From Deinococcus sp. (GTDB lineage: Bacteria > Deinococcota > Deinococci > Deinococcales > Deinococcaceae): a stretch of 64,000 nucleotides of DNA. The stretch's first letter is position 1, and every line of letters starts with the position of its first letter. The stretch lies in the NCBI GenBank assembly GCA_965261005.1, contig OZ253375.1, forward strand, positions 2,400,001 through 2,464,000. The letters are read 5' to 3'. Of the stretch, positions 20,167-32,371 are shown one piece after another. Below the pieces are notes generated by a model, which was not told the origin of the DNA, ran no database searches, and saw only the letters and a program-made list of their open reading frames with translations. A program made the position numbers and the translations under genes.

Positions 20167-20733
20167 ATGTACAAGACGTTGTCACAGGTGACCGCGCCGC
20201 GCGCCTCGGTTGGACGGGACGCGCTGCTGGTGATAGGTGGGGCGACCCTGATCGCCTTGGGGGCGCAGCTTCAGGTGCCGATGTGGCCGGTGCCCATCAC
20301 GCTGCAAACTTTGGTCGTGCTGCTGCTGGGGGCGGCGTTGGGTGCGCGGCGCGGCGCGCTGGCAGTATTGGTTTATCTGGCGGCGGCAGCTTTGGGTCTC
20401 CCGGTGCTGGCGGGCGGCGGCGCGGGCATGCTCAAACTGTTTGGGCCGACCGGCGGCTATCTGATCGGCTTCGTGCTGTCCGCCTTCTTGGTGGGGGCCT
20501 TGGTCGAGCGCTTTGCCCTGGACCGCCGCTTCTCCGGCGCCGTGCTCGCGATGTTGCTGGGCAACCTGGTGATCTACTTATGCGGCGTGTCGTGGCTGGC
20601 CGCCGCGCTGCACCTCACGCTGCCCAGCGCCGTGGGGGCCGGTCTGACGCCTTTCTTGTTGGGCGACGCCCTCAAGGTCGGCGTGGCCGCCGCGCTGTTG
20701 CCCTCGGCGTGGGCTTGGCTCGGGCGGCGTTAA
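20167..20733 (+). CDS. bioY: Biotin transporter BioY
   Basis: PVPITLQTL, GPTGGYLIGF, PFLLGDALK. Confidence 0.93.
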   Translation: MYKTLSQVTAPRASVGRDALLVIGGATLIALGAQLQVPMWPVPITLQTLVVLLLGAALGARRGALAVLVYLAAAALGLPVLAGGGAGMLKLFGPTGGYLIGFVLSAFLVGALVERFALDRRFSGAVLAMLLGNLVIYLCGVSWLAAALHLTLPSAVGAGLTPFLLGDALKVGVAAALLPSAWAWLGRR

Positions 20734-20755
20734 ACATTGCCGGCAGGATCAAGGG

Positions 20756-20801
20756 AAAAGAGTCGGCGGACCCGCGTGGGTCCGCCGATTTTCTGCTTTT
20801 T
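20756..20801. terminator. Bidirectional terminator between bioY and trpF
   Basis: tcggcggaccc-gcgt-gggtccgccga hairpin flanked by A-rich and T-rich tracts. Confidence 0.75.
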
Positions 20802-20820
20802 CGCGGCGGCGCCGGCCGGT

Positions 20821-20996
20821 TTATCCACACAGTTATCCACAGGCATATTTTGGCGTCCGGCGTATCGGCCACAAATTTTCGTCCGGGCGCCGGCCGTTTT
20901 TATCGTGTGGGCGCGGGGAAAACTTCGGCCCCGTTGAGGAATGGCCACCGCCACAAAAGTTATCCACAGCGGCCCGTTTCACTGTGGATAACTTTT
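20821..20996. promoter_or_regulatory. Cluster of four consensus DnaA boxes (TTATCCACA)
   Basis: TTATCCACA at 20821, 20833 and 20960; TGTGGATAA at 20983. Confidence 0.8.
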
Positions 20997-21599
20997 CTCC
21001 AGTTCTGTCTCTGTGGCGCGTGCGGCCCGAACAAAGGCCCGCGTTTTGACGGGGTCCTTGATCCCCGGCGCACTTTCGAGTTGGCTCACCGCGTCCACGC
21101 CGGCGGGCCGCAAAGTCGCCACGGCCCGCGCCACGTTTTCTGGCCCCAAGCCGCCGGCCAGCCAAGCGCCCGCCGGAAAGGTACTTCGCAAAGCGTCCCA
21201 GTCCAGCGCCACGCCCCCTCCGGGGCGGAGGGCGTCGAACAGCAGGGTGAGGCCGGGCCGGGTCATCGGCGGGGCCTCGCCCGGCGCCAACGCGCGCAGC
21301 ACCGGGTAGTACGCGAGCACGCCGTCCAAATAAGTCTCCGGCACCTCACCGTGGAGCTGTACGGCGCTCAGGCGGGCCGCGTCGGCCGTTCGCAAGACCT
21401 CGTCCAGCGGCGCCCCTACGAAGACCCCCACCCGGCCAATTGTCGGCCCCAAGGCCAGCGAGATGGTCCTGGCCGCGTCCAGCGTCACGCGGCGCCGGCT
21501 GGGCGCGAAGATCAACCCGATGGCGTCAGCGCCGGCCTGCTCGGCCAAGAGGGCGTCTTTCAGGCTGGTCGTGCCGCATACTTTGACGCGCAAGCGCAT
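20979..21599 (-). CDS. trpF: Phosphoribosylanthranilate isomerase
   Basis: [44 protein letters not shown]. Confidence 0.93.
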   Translation of the reverse strand: MRLRVKVCGTTSLKDALLAEQAGADAIGLIFAPSRRRVTLDAARTISLALGPTIGRVGVFVGAPLDEVLRTADAARLSAVQLHGEVPETYLDGVLAYYPVLRALAPGEAPPMTRPGLTLLFDALRPGGGVALDWDALRSTFPAGAWLAGGLGPENVARAVATLRPAGVDAVSQLESAPGIKDPVKTRAFVRAARATETELEKSYPQ

Positions 21600-21674
21600 G
21601 GACAGATTTTAGCCAAAGAGAGGAGCGCCCATCGTGGACGCCCCTCTTTAACGCTGCTCAAAACCAGGTGCCGT

Positions 21675-22610
21675 TCAGGTGCGGCGGCGCGCCACATCGT
21701 CCTCGTCGCGGTTGGGCAGCATGGTCGCGCCACCCTGCGGCACGTCGTTGCCGGTGTGCCCGCCCCACACGCTAAAGGCGAGGATGAAGCCGGCGGCCAG
21801 CAGCCAAATCCAGCCGGCCGTCACGGCCGCGTTGCGCGCGATGCGCTCGGCGGCGGCCGCCGTCTGCTGAGCCTGGGTCACGGTGTCGTTGACCAAAGTG
21901 CCAATCGAGTTGGCGGTTTCTTGGGCCTGCGCCTGGGTCAAGCCCTGACGCTGAAGGCGCGTCACAAACTCGGGGCCGCTCAGCGCGGTCTGAATGGACT
22001 TCACGCGGCTGTTGATCAAGTCGGGCAGGTTGCTGATGTTGCTCAGGTTATTGCCGATGGTGTTGGACGCGCGGGTGGCGATGCCGCTCACCACGTTGGC
22101 TGCGGCCTGCACCTGGGTCTGGTTCAGCTCGGGCGAGTTCTGGGCGATGATCTGGGTGATGTTGTCTTGGTTCAGGCCACCCAGCAGCGCCTGCACCGGG
22201 TCGCTTTGCAGCGCGCCGCTGTTGGCGGCGGCAGTGCCGGCCGCCGTGGCCGCGCCCGCGACCGCCGTGGTCGCGCCGCCGACGACGCCCAAGGCGCTGC
22301 TGACGCCGCTCAGGAGGGCGTTGTACGAAAATGAGGTCAGGCCCAGCACCAGCAGCATGCCGGTGATTAGGCCGTTGAAACGGCCCTGCGCCGGCGTCAG
22401 GTAGCCGGCAGCGCGCGCGGCGGTCAGGCCGGCTAAAAAGGCCGAAATGGCCAGTGAGATGGCCAGCCAGATAATGGTGCTCCACGCCAAGCCACTCAAG
22501 CTCCCAATGGTGGCCGCGCCCACGGCCACGCCGAGCAACGTGAGCGCGAGCTGCGTGACAATGCCCACCACCAAGCCGGCGACAATGCCGACCCAGCTGA
22601 TGCGCGACAT
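21675..22610 (-). CDS. Hypothetical membrane protein
   Basis: RISWVGIVAG N-terminus, several TM segments around a Gln/Asn-rich helical region; last gene of the DUF2382 operon. Confidence 0.75.
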   Translation of the reverse strand: MSRISWVGIVAGLVVGIVTQLALTLLGVAVGAATIGSLSGLAWSTIIWLAISLAISAFLAGLTAARAAGYLTPAQGRFNGLITGMLLVLGLTSFSYNALLSGVSSALGVVGGATTAVAGAATAAGTAAANSGALQSDPVQALLGGLNQDNITQIIAQNSPELNQTQVQAAANVVSGIATRASNTIGNNLSNISNLPDLINSRVKSIQTALSGPEFVTRLQRQGLTQAQAQETANSIGTLVNDTVTQAQQTAAAAERIARNAAVTAGWIWLLAAGFILAFSVWGGHTGNDVPQGGATMLPNRDEDDVARRRT

Positions 22611-22671
22611 AATGGTTCCGCGTTCTACCAACATAAAACTCTCCTTAAATCAAAAAAGCTTAGCGCTGGCC

Positions 22672-23439
22672 TTACTTGCCGTTCGCCTGTGGTTGGATCA
22701 GCACGGCGCCTGTTTTGGCGCTGCCAGACGCCGTGGTATCGGACGTCCCTTCAGGCTCGTCCTGCTCGATCCACACCGAGCCGATCACCTGCGACAAGCT
22801 CTCGCCGGCGCCGTGCAGGGCGTCGCGCGCCTGCGGGCTGACGCTGCCGACGGCGTCGAGCACGCTCTTGCGGGCGCCGGGATTGCGGGCCAAGTAATAC
22901 ACGCCGCCCAGCAGGGCCAACAGCCACAACAGCCCGCCGCCCGAGCCGCCTCGCCGAGAGCGCGCGAGCCTATCCACTTTGGCGTTGAGGTCCCGCAACT
23001 GTTTGTCGTGAACGGTCAAGGCCTGCTGTTGGCGCTGAAAAGACTTGGCTGCCTGGGCTTCCAAGCGGCCCACCGACTGTTCGGCGCGCTTGTGGGCTTG
23101 GGCCACGGTCGCCGCACTTTCGGCGCGAAGCGCCCGCAGTTCCCGCCCGGTCTTTTGGCTGACGGTCTTGGCGCCGCGCCTCACCGTTTTGCCAGCCTGC
23201 TTGGCGGCGCGCTGCTGGTCCTCGCGCGCCTGCTGCACCGTTTCGCCGGCTTGCTGGACCACGCCCTGCACCGTTTCGGCGACGCTGCCGGCGGCGTCCT
23301 TGACGCTGCTCGCCACGGTGCTGGTGAGGGGCGCGACCGTTTCGCCGGCCTGCTGCACGACGTCTTGCAGAGTCTCCGCCGCGTCGTGCCACACCTCGCT
23401 CAACACTTGACGGCCACGTTTGATCGGTTGCTCTCTCAC
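22672..23439 (-). CDS. Hypothetical LEA/apolipoprotein-like helical protein with a single TM
   Basis: Repeated AETLQDVVQQAGETV / AETVQGVVQQAGETV; GGLLWLLALLGGVYYL. Confidence 0.7.
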   Translation of the reverse strand: MREQPIKRGRQVLSEVWHDAAETLQDVVQQAGETVAPLTSTVASSVKDAAGSVAETVQGVVQQAGETVQQAREDQQRAAKQAGKTVRRGAKTVSQKTGRELRALRAESAATVAQAHKRAEQSVGRLEAQAAKSFQRQQQALTVHDKQLRDLNAKVDRLARSRRGGSGGGLLWLLALLGGVYYLARNPGARKSVLDAVGSVSPQARDALHGAGESLSQVIGSVWIEQDEPEGTSDTTASGSAKTGAVLIQPQANGK

Positions 23440-24020
23440 GCTCTCGTCTCGCCTCCTTCAGCCTCAGTAGTGGCGACCTCGCTGGCAGCAGCCTCAGTGG
23501 CTGCCCCGCTGGCCCACCCAGGGTCAATCCGCTCGACGCTCAGACGTTCGACCTTATCGCTCGGCGTCACCTGCTCGAAGCGCAACACCTCGCGGCCCAA
23601 CTCGATGTCAAGCGCCTTTTGCTCGACGACCGCGCGTCTGAGCAGCCGAACTTCCTCGCTGACCACCGCGCGCTTGTTCAGCTCGGCTTCCTCGCGGTAC
23701 ACCACGATTTCCCGGGTGTCGCCGGCGGCCAACTGCTCGCCGTCGAGCCAGACGCCCGCGTCGCCCGCCTGAACCTCGATCACCAAGCGCTCGGTGATCA
23801 GCTCGACGCTGACGGTCTCGGTTCGGCGCTCGACTTCCTTGTGAACGGCCACGCGGCCTGCCAGCTCACGGCGCTTTTCGAGCATGGGCCGCTCGGCGAG
23901 CAACTCGAAGCGCGCCACCTCGCGCACGTCGTTTTCAAGCGACGGTTCGGTCGGCGCGCGCCCGCTGTGTTCGTTGAAATCGGCCACCTCAACCCCGTTT
24001 CTTTTGAAGGGGCGGGACAC
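23436..24020 (-). CDS. YsnF/AvaK (DUF2382) domain protein
   Basis: GRVAVHKEV, ERLVIE, EEAELNKRAVVSEEV, ELGREVL. Confidence 0.8.
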   Translation of the reverse strand: MSRPFKRNGVEVADFNEHSGRAPTEPSLENDVREVARFELLAERPMLEKRRELAGRVAVHKEVERRTETVSVELITERLVIEVQAGDAGVWLDGEQLAAGDTREIVVYREEAELNKRAVVSEEVRLLRRAVVEQKALDIELGREVLRFEQVTPSDKVERLSVERIDPGWASGAATEAAASEVATTEAEGGETRA

Positions 24021-24046
24021 CTGCTGCCCCGCCCCCGCTCGGCCGC

Positions 24047-24961
24047 TCAGCGCTTGTTCTTGTTGTCGTTCAGGTTCGCGTCACGGCCCTCGCGCACTTC
24101 CACGTCACCGGTCCGGTTCACGTCGAGCACCTCACGGCCGACCGACTCGGTGAAGGTCTGCGACTCAGTCTCGGTGCGCTTGCCGATCTCGACCTCTTCG
24201 GTCACGTAGGCCTGCTTGCTCACGTTGGCGCGCTCGGCCTCCAGGTCCACGTGGACAGTCTGGGTATCGCTGCCCAGCGTGACGTTGCCCTCCACCGGGC
24301 GCCCGCCCTCGACCGGGTGGCGCTCGATCACCAGCTCGTCGTGCGAGAGGCTGACGTTCACTTGGCGCTGCTCGGTCTCGACGTGCTTGCCGATTTCTAC
24401 GCTGCCCGCCGTGTAGCGGTCCTTGTCCACCGTCAGGCGCTCCTCGAGAAGGCGCAGCTTCTCGGGCGTCTTGAACATGGTGTCGCCGTGGTCCTGATCG
24501 CGGTAGTCGTAACGCTGGGGAGTCGCTGTAGCGCCACTTGCAACGGCGCCGCCCACCACGCTCATGTCGCGGTCGGTCTGAGTGGCGCCCGCCGCCCCGG
24601 TGCCGCGCAGCACACGCTCGTCGCTGGTCTGCGCCGTGTAGTCGTAGTCGTCGCCGGCGCGGTACTCGCGCATGTCCTTGACCTGATCGCGGGTCAGGTT
24701 GTCGAAATAAACGGCGTCGTCCTCAATGCGGGCCATGCCCACCGGAACCAGCACTTCCTTGCTGGAAAACCAACCCCCCACGTCCACCAGCAGGTAGCGG
24801 ATGCGGCCGGTGTCCGGCTCCACCATCGCGCTGCGAACGGTGCCGACCTTCTTGTCGCCCTCGGCGTAGGCCGTCTTGCCGGTGGGATCATAGGTGCCGT
24901 CTTTGGAAAAGTCGTAGTTGCGGTTGCGGGACAGCTCGGACAAGGGGATCAAGTTAGCCAT
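24047..24961 (-). CDS. PRC-barrel and DUF2382 domain protein
   Basis: [24 protein letters not shown] (PRC); [12 protein letters not shown]...EEVEIGKR...VGREVLDV (DUF2382); RBS aggagg. Confidence 0.9.
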   Translation of the reverse strand: MANLIPLSELSRNRNYDFSKDGTYDPTGKTAYAEGDKKVGTVRSAMVEPDTGRIRYLLVDVGGWFSSKEVLVPVGMARIEDDAVYFDNLTRDQVKDMREYRAGDDYDYTAQTSDERVLRGTGAAGATQTDRDMSVVGGAVASGATATPQRYDYRDQDHGDTMFKTPEKLRLLEERLTVDKDRYTAGSVEIGKHVETEQRQVNVSLSHDELVIERHPVEGGRPVEGNVTLGSDTQTVHVDLEAERANVSKQAYVTEEVEIGKRTETESQTFTESVGREVLDVNRTGDVEVREGRDANLNDNKNKR

Positions 24962-25119
24962 GAAAAGCCTCCTCCTGAAGTAGGCTTCCGAAGCATAAAC
25001 AGCCTCCGGCACGCCTCTTTACACTTTTCACTAAGGGGCGCCCACCAAGCATTGACCTCGCCAAAAGCGATTCTTCAGCAAACGTTTAGAAAAGGCGCTC
25101 AGAACTAAGGCGCGTCGCT

Positions 25120-26067
25120 TCAAGCGTGACCCAGCGCCGCGCGCCACTCCAGGGCCAGCAGCTGAAAGGTCAGGCTGGCGTTCACGTACCGCTCCAAGGC
25201 GGTGAGGGCGCGCTCCAGGGCGTCGTCGGCTTGTGCGCGCGCCCCCGCGCTCTGCGCGCGCAGGGCGAAGCGCAGCGCCTCAGGATGCCAAGCCGGGTCG
25301 AAGCGTTTTTCGAGCGTCCCTGCCGCCTCCAGGGCGGCCAACATTGAGGCGCCCAGGGCGGTCACGAAGCCTTCGGCGTCGGCGAGGGCTTCGCGGGCGC
25401 GGGCGCGCTCCACCAGCACGCCGGGCCGGCCCGCCGCAAAGGCGAGCAAGTGGGCGTCCTCCTCACCGAACAGGTGCAGCGCCGCGCCGAGGGCGCCCTC
25501 CTCCACCGGGGGCACGCTCAGGCGCGCCGCGCGCGAGGCGATGGTGGGCAGCACCGCGCCCACGTCCTCGGTCAAAAAGAGAAAGAGAGCGCCGTGCGGG
25601 GGTTCCTCCACCACCTTGAGAAGGGCGTTGGCGCTCTCGGCGTTCAGAAACTCGGCGCCGTCCACCACGACGGTTTTGCGCCGGTAGGTCGGGGCCAACG
25701 CCAGCCACTCCAGCACGTGCCGCTCGAAGTCGCGCCCGTCGTCGCGCCGCTCGGCGATGGCGGCCACCGGAATGACCTTGCGGCGGGCCTGCTTGCCGGT
25801 GGCCGTCACGGCGCTCGGCTCCAGTTCCAGCACATCGGGATGAACGCCGCGCAGGGCGGCCAGACACGAAGGGCACGCCCCGCAGGGGGCGCCGCCAGCT
25901 TCAAGGCGCGCGCAGTTGTACAGCGCCGCCACGGCGCGCGCGAGGGGCCGCTTGCCCACCCGCGCCGGGCCGCTCAGCAGCAGGGCGTGGCCGCGAAAGC
26001 TGCCCAGTTCCCCGAGCACGTCCGCGTGCCCGATTAGGCCAAAGGCGCCGGCCCCGCCGCGCGTCAC
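25120..26067 (-). CDS. holB: DNA polymerase III subunit delta'
   Basis: [49 protein letters not shown]; start refined to the GTGA overlap. Confidence 0.9.
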   Translation of the reverse strand: MTRGGAGAFGLIGHADVLGELGSFRGHALLLSGPARVGKRPLARAVAALYNCARLEAGGAPCGACPSCLAALRGVHPDVLELEPSAVTATGKQARRKVIPVAAIAERRDDGRDFERHVLEWLALAPTYRRKTVVVDGAEFLNAESANALLKVVEEPPHGALFLFLTEDVGAVLPTIASRAARLSVPPVEEGALGAALHLFGEEDAHLLAFAAGRPGVLVERARAREALADAEGFVTALGASMLAALEAAGTLEKRFDPAWHPEALRFALRAQSAGARAQADDALERALTALERYVNASLTFQLLALEWRAALGHA

Positions 26068-26840
26068 GTGCCCGCCGCGAGGCGCGCCCCGAGCGCCTCG
26101 GGCAGCCCGGCCGCCCGAATCGCCGCCTGCGTATAGGCCACGTCGTAGGGCGCGCGGTGCACCTCGAAGACCCGCCTTTGCGCGTCGAAGAGGCCGTAGC
26201 TGGCGCGGGCGTCGCCGTCGCGCGGCTGGCCGACCGAGCCGGGGTTGAGCAGCACCCGCGCGCCGGGGGGCAGCGCGAAGCGGCCCTCCGGCGACAGCGC
26301 TTGGTGCTTGGCCCACTCGCCGACTGGGGCGCGCACGGTGGCGTACACGCCGGGCTGGTGGGTGTGGCCCACAAAGCACAGCGTCCCGTCCCAAGCCGCG
26401 AAGGCCGCGCGGGCGCTCGCCACCGAGTCCACGTAGGTGAGCAGCGAGGTGGGCGAGCCGTGTCTGAAGCGCGCTGGGAGACCGTTCAGGTCCCGCTCGC
26501 GGCACTCGGGCCAACTGGACAGCCAAGCGAGGTCGTCGGGGGACAGCCGCCCCAATTGGTAGCGCAGCGCCCGCGCCACCACCCCGTCCCTGCGCAAGCC
26601 GTCCCCGCGCAGGTCGCTGTGGCCGCGCGCCAATTGCAAAGCCCAGAGGTCATGGTTGCCCAGCACGCTTTCGACCTCCGCCCCGCGCAGGCAGGCCAGC
26701 ACCTCACGCGGCTGCGGGCCGTAGCCCAGCACGTCGCCCAGACAGACCGCCGCGTCGTACCCCCGCCGCCGCGCGTCGGCGAGCACCGCCTCCAGCGCCG
26801 CCAGGTTGGCGTGGATGTCCGACAGCAGCAACAGGCGCAC
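26064..26840 (-). CDS. Metallophosphoesterase family protein
   Basis: [42 protein letters not shown]. Confidence 0.9.
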   Translation of the reverse strand: MRLLLLSDIHANLAALEAVLADARRRGYDAAVCLGDVLGYGPQPREVLACLRGAEVESVLGNHDLWALQLARGHSDLRGDGLRRDGVVARALRYQLGRLSPDDLAWLSSWPECRERDLNGLPARFRHGSPTSLLTYVDSVASARAAFAAWDGTLCFVGHTHQPGVYATVRAPVGEWAKHQALSPEGRFALPPGARVLLNPGSVGQPRDGDARASYGLFDAQRRVFEVHRAPYDVAYTQAAIRAAGLPEALGARLAAGT

Positions 26841-26906
26841 GTTCCCATAATAGCGAAGGCGACCTTCCTCCTGGCCCCATGCTGCCCCGCGCCGTAGAAT
26901 CCCCCC

Positions 26907-27584
26907 GTGAAGCGTCCCCGCATCGGCTTGTCCATCAGCCAACTGACCGACCCCGCCCTGGGCCGTCCCTATGAGGGGACCGCCCGTCACTACGCCCGCG
27001 CCGTGTGGCAAGCGGGCGGCACCCCGCTGCTGTTGCCGCTGATTCCGGAGGCGGCCGGGGAAGTCGCGGCTGGCCTCGACGGCCTGCTGCTGACGGGGGG
27101 CGTGGACATGGCCCCGCGCCACTACGGCGAGGAGCCGCAGGAGCACCTGGGCGCGGTGGACGAGCTGCGCGACGCCGCCGAGGAGGCGCTCTACCGCGCC
27201 TCCCGCAGGCGGGGCCTGCCGGTGCTGGGCATCTGCCGGGGGCTTCAAGTCATCAACGTGCTGGAAGGGGGCAGCTTGCACCAACACCTGGGCGGCCACA
27301 GCCAAGGGCGGCCCTACGACGCCCTGACCCACGCCGTCACCTTCGAGGGCGGCAGTTCGCTGGCCCGCCACCACCCTGCCGAACTGCGGGTCAACTCCCA
27401 CCACCACCAAGCGGTCAAGGCGGTCGCGCCGAGTTTGAACGTGGCGGCCCGCTCCGAGGATGGGCTGATCGAGGCGCTGGAGGGGGACGGCGTGCTGGCG
27501 GTCCAGTGGCACCCGGAGCTGACCTTCGAGAGCGCGCCGGAAACGAACGGCGCCTTTAGTGCGTTCCTGGATCTGTTTCGTTGA
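26907..27584 (+). CDS. Gamma-glutamyl-gamma-aminobutyrate hydrolase family (peptidase C26)
   Basis: [32 protein letters not shown]. Confidence 0.9.
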   Translation: MKRPRIGLSISQLTDPALGRPYEGTARHYARAVWQAGGTPLLLPLIPEAAGEVAAGLDGLLLTGGVDMAPRHYGEEPQEHLGAVDELRDAAEEALYRASRRRGLPVLGICRGLQVINVLEGGSLHQHLGGHSQGRPYDALTHAVTFEGGSSLARHHPAELRVNSHHHQAVKAVAPSLNVAARSEDGLIEALEGDGVLAVQWHPELTFESAPETNGAFSAFLDLFR

Positions 27585-28693
27585 CCCCCGTTCCCGTCCG
27601 TCACCTCTACGTCCACGTGCCCTTTTGCCCGTCCATCTGCCCGTACTGCGACTTTCATGTCCTGACGCGCCGGGCCGGACAGGTGGAGGCGTACCTGGAG
27701 CGGCTGCGCCGGGAGGCGGCCGAATTGGCCCGGACTTACGCGGTGGACCTCGACACCGTCTACCTGGGCGGCGGCACGCCCTCCTTTCTGCGCGACGCCG
27801 AGATCGCCGAACTGGTCGGGATCGTCAGGATGCACCTGGGCTGGGGAAAGCTCGAAAATACGCTGGAGATCAACCCCGGCACCGTCACGCCGGGGCGCGC
27901 GGCCCACTGGCGAACGCTCGGCTTTGAGCGCGCCTCGGTCGGGGTGCAGAGTTTGCACGACCCCACGCTGAAGTTTTTGGGCCGCCAGCACGACGCACGG
28001 CAAGCTCGGGAGGCCGTAGAACAGCTCTTGAAACAGGGCTTTCGGGTCTCGGGCGACCTGATCACGGCGGTGGCCGGGCAGCCGCTGGAAAGCGACGTGC
28101 GCGGCCTGGTGAATTTGGGCGTCGAGCACGTCAGCGCCTACACCCTCACCGTCGAGCCGGGCACCGCCTTCGCGCGCCGGGGTGTGACCGTCGCCGAAAC
28201 CGACGAGCGCGCCGGCTTCGAGGTCACGGCCGAGCTGCTGGAGGGGCTGGGCTTTTCTAGATATGAAGTCAGCAATTACGCCCGGCCCGGCGCCGAGTCC
28301 CGGCACAATTTGGCCTACTGGCACAACCGCTTTTACCTGGGCCTCGGGCCGGGGGCGGCGGGGCATTATCCAGAAGAGGGCGCCCTGGCAAACCGCCGCA
28401 CCAATCCCCACCTGCACCGCTGGCTGGCGGGGGAGACGGGTGAAAGCGAACTCATCACCCCAGGGGAGTACGTCACCGACGCCCTGTTCATGGGCTTGCG
28501 GTTGACGGAGGGGGTGGACTTGGCCGACTTGAGCGATAGGACGGGACTGGACGTGGCGGCGCGGTATACAAACGTGATCGAGCGCGAGGTGCGGCGCGGC
28601 CTGCTGGTGAGGGAGGGCGACCGTCTGCGCGCTACCGACGGCGGGCGCTGGGTGCTCAACGAGGTGATCCGCGCCTTTTTAAAGGCCGCGTGA
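27581..28693 (+). CDS. hemW: Radical SAM heme chaperone HemW
   Basis: [43 protein letters not shown]. Confidence 0.9.
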   Translation: MTPVPVRHLYVHVPFCPSICPYCDFHVLTRRAGQVEAYLERLRREAAELARTYAVDLDTVYLGGGTPSFLRDAEIAELVGIVRMHLGWGKLENTLEINPGTVTPGRAAHWRTLGFERASVGVQSLHDPTLKFLGRQHDARQAREAVEQLLKQGFRVSGDLITAVAGQPLESDVRGLVNLGVEHVSAYTLTVEPGTAFARRGVTVAETDERAGFEVTAELLEGLGFSRYEVSNYARPGAESRHNLAYWHNRFYLGLGPGAAGHYPEEGALANRRTNPHLHRWLAGETGESELITPGEYVTDALFMGLRLTEGVDLADLSDRTGLDVAARYTNVIEREVRRGLLVREGDRLRATDGGRWVLNEVIRAFLKAA

Positions 28694-29280
28694 GCGTCTG
28701 GACCGAGGCCCCAACGCTTGAGGGCCGCTTCGTGCGTTTGGAGCCGCTCAGCCCCCAACACGCCGAGGGTCTGCACCGCCACTACGACCCGCAGGTGTTC
28801 GCCTTTCTGAGCCGGGGCGCTCCCAAAGATGACTCCCTAGCCGAACTGGAGGCTTACGTCGAGCGTCTGAACGCCGAGCCGAACCGGGTCAATTGGGCCG
28901 TGCTGATCGGGGATGAGGTGGCCGGGCGCATCTCGTACTCGGAGGTGCGCGCCGCCCACCGGGGCGTGGAGATCGGCACCATGCTGATGCCGCCGTTCCA
29001 AGGTGGGGTCGCCAACCCGGAAAGCAAGTACCTCTTGATGCGGCGCGCCTTTGAAAATTTGGGCGCCCTGCGGGTGCAGTTCAAGGTGGACGCCCGCAAC
29101 ACGCGCAGCCAGCGCGCCTTAGAGAAGCTCGGCGCCGTGCGTGAGGGCGTGCTGCGCCGCTACCAGATTCGCCCCGACGGCTACGCCCGCGACTCGGTGA
29201 TGTATTCCGTGATCGCGGACGAGTGGCCGACGGTGAGGGCGGGATTGGAGGCGCGGCTCAAGACGTTTGACTCCCCTTGA
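28690..29280 (+). CDS. GNAT (RimJ/RimL-type) acetyltransferase
   Basis: [39 protein letters not shown]. Confidence 0.88.
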   Translation: MSVWTEAPTLEGRFVRLEPLSPQHAEGLHRHYDPQVFAFLSRGAPKDDSLAELEAYVERLNAEPNRVNWAVLIGDEVAGRISYSEVRAAHRGVEIGTMLMPPFQGGVANPESKYLLMRRAFENLGALRVQFKVDARNTRSQRALEKLGAVREGVLRRYQIRPDGYARDSVMYSVIADEWPTVRAGLEARLKTFDSP

Positions 29281-29294
29281 GGGGGTTCCTCGGC

Positions 29295-30467
<1,173 letters not shown>

Positions 30468-30477
30468 AGCTGCTCCT

Positions 30478-31236
30478 TCACGCCGATCCCGTGCGCTCAT
30501 TGTCATACAGCGCGGCCGTCGCCTTGCCCAGCGCGGTGTCGCGCCCGCTGCTCTGCCCCTGAATGGTCGGCTCGAAGCCGACCTCCAACAATCTCTTGAG
30601 GCGGCGCAAATCGTCCTCGATCTGCTGGCCCGGCTCCTCGCCGAACAGGCGCGCGAAGCTGGCCCCAAGCGTGCCCAGCGGTGGGCGGTAGACCAGCTCC
30701 ACATGCACTTCTGTGCCGCGCCCGCCCGGCGCCTCTTTGAAGGTCACGTGGCCCTCGTTGGGAATGGTCGCCCCCTCCAGGGAGCGCCAGGAAATCCGCC
30801 CCCCCGGCACGTCCTCGGTCGTCTCGGCGTCCCAGGCAACGCTGGTGCCGGCGGGGGCCTTGGCGACCCAATGCGAGCGGCCCCCCTCCCCCTCGGTCAC
30901 GCTTTCCAGGTGGCTCATAAAGCGCGGCAAATTCTCGTACCTGCGCCAAAAGGCGTACAAATCCGCCGGCGGCTTGCCAATGGTCATGGCCCGCTTGACG
31001 TGAATGCCGTTCTTTTGAGTGCGGTAGATGTTGAGCTGGTCGTTCAGCGGACTCACGCCGCGCACGCTGTTGTACAGCATGGCGGCGCCGCCCGCGCCGA
31101 GGGCGAGATTGAGCAAGTTGGGCCGCCGCAGCGCCTGAAAGGCCAGGTAGCCCCCCAGGGCGCCCCACAGCAGGCGCGAGCTGGGACTCATATTTTGCTT
31201 TGACTCGGCAAACTGGGTCATCCTAGCTTGGGTCAT
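30478..31236 (-). CDS. SRPBCC (cyclase/dehydrase) family protein
   Basis: LYAFWRRYENLPRFMSHL, RSHW, ISWRS, EDDLRRLKRLLE. Confidence 0.88.
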   Translation of the reverse strand: MTQARMTQFAESKQNMSPSSRLLWGALGGYLAFQALRRPNLLNLALGAGGAAMLYNSVRGVSPLNDQLNIYRTQKNGIHVKRAMTIGKPPADLYAFWRRYENLPRFMSHLESVTEGEGGRSHWVAKAPAGTSVAWDAETTEDVPGGRISWRSLEGATIPNEGHVTFKEAPGGRGTEVHVELVYRPPLGTLGASFARLFGEEPGQQIEDDLRRLKRLLEVGFEPTIQGQSSGRDTALGKATAALYDNERTGSA

Positions 31237-32183
31237 CAGCCGTTCACCACCTCGCCGCCGTTGGGGTGGAGCACCTGCCCCGCCATGTAGCTGCTGTCGT
31301 CGGACGCCAGGAATACATAGCAGGGCGCCACCTCGGCGGGCTGGCCGGCGCGCTGCATGGGCACGTCCTGGCCGAACTTGGCGACCTCCTCGGCCGGAAA
31401 GGTCGAGGGAATCAGCGGGGTCCAGATCGGGCCGGGGGCCACGCCGTTCACGCGCACGCCCTTTTCAATCAAATTGAGGGCCAGCGAGCGGGTAAAGGCG
31501 ACAATGGCCCCCTTGGTCGCGGAGTAGTCGAGCAGCATGGGGCTGCCCTTGTAGTCCGTGACCGAGGTGGTGTTGATAATGGTGCTGCCCTGCCCCAAGT
31601 GCGGCTCGGCGAACTTGACCATGTGGAAGTAGCCGAAGATGTTGGTGCGAAAAGTGCGCGTGAGCTGCTGTTCGGAAATGTCGGTGACGCTCTCCTGCGG
31701 ATGCTGCTCGGCGGCGTTATTGACCAGAATGTCCAGCTTGCCCAGCTCGCGCACGGCGCGCTCGACGGCCGACTTGCAGAAGTCCTCGTCGCCCACGTCG
31801 CCGGCGATGGTCAGGCACTTCTTGCCCTCGGCCTCCACCAGCTGCTTGGTGTCCCTCGCGTCCCCATCCTCCTCCAGGTAGACAATCGCCACGTCCGCCC
31901 CCTCGCGGGCGAAGTGGACCGCCACCGCCCGCCCGATGCCGCTGTCGCCGCCGGTGATCAGCGCCACTTTGCCGCTGAGCTTGCCCGCCGCCTTGTAGTC
32001 CGGCTTGATGTACACCGGCTGCGGATTCATCTCCGATTCGCGGCCCGGCTGTTGGTCCTGCGTCTGCGGCGGGTTGGTGTGGCCCTTTTGCATTTGGCCG
32101 GTGTCCTGTTGACTGACGTCTTGTTGGCCGGTGTTTTGTTGGCTGAGGTCCTGTTGGCCTTGCTGTCGCTGTTTGTCGGTCAT
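31236..32183 (-). CDS. SDR family oxidoreductase (YghA/YdaD general-stress type)
   Basis: TGGDSGIG, NNAAEQ, YSATKG, VAPGPIWTP. Confidence 0.92.
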   Translation of the reverse strand: MTDKQRQQGQQDLSQQNTGQQDVSQQDTGQMQKGHTNPPQTQDQQPGRESEMNPQPVYIKPDYKAAGKLSGKVALITGGDSGIGRAVAVHFAREGADVAIVYLEEDGDARDTKQLVEAEGKKCLTIAGDVGDEDFCKSAVERAVRELGKLDILVNNAAEQHPQESVTDISEQQLTRTFRTNIFGYFHMVKFAEPHLGQGSTIINTTSVTDYKGSPMLLDYSATKGAIVAFTRSLALNLIEKGVRVNGVAPGPIWTPLIPSTFPAEEVAKFGQDVPMQRAGQPAEVAPCYVFLASDDSSYMAGQVLHPNGGEVVNG

Positions 32184-32371
32184 ACCTTATCAGAGCGACC
32201 CCCCGCGCTGGGAGGCGTCAGGTGGCTTACAAGGTCAGCAAACCCCCAATCTCTCGCGAACGGCGGACCAAGGCCAAGCCGGCTGGTAAGGCCTTCGGTG
32301 AGGCGGCGCTTCAGAAGGAGTGACCGGCCTTTCACGTTGCGGCGCCTTCCCCAGGCGCAACATCGGGCCAG

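Noticed and set aside
25120..27512. Long N-terminal extensions of holB and the phosphoesterase in the ORF track
   Set aside because: Extensions overlap neighbouring genes; family-typical starts are at 26067 and 26840.
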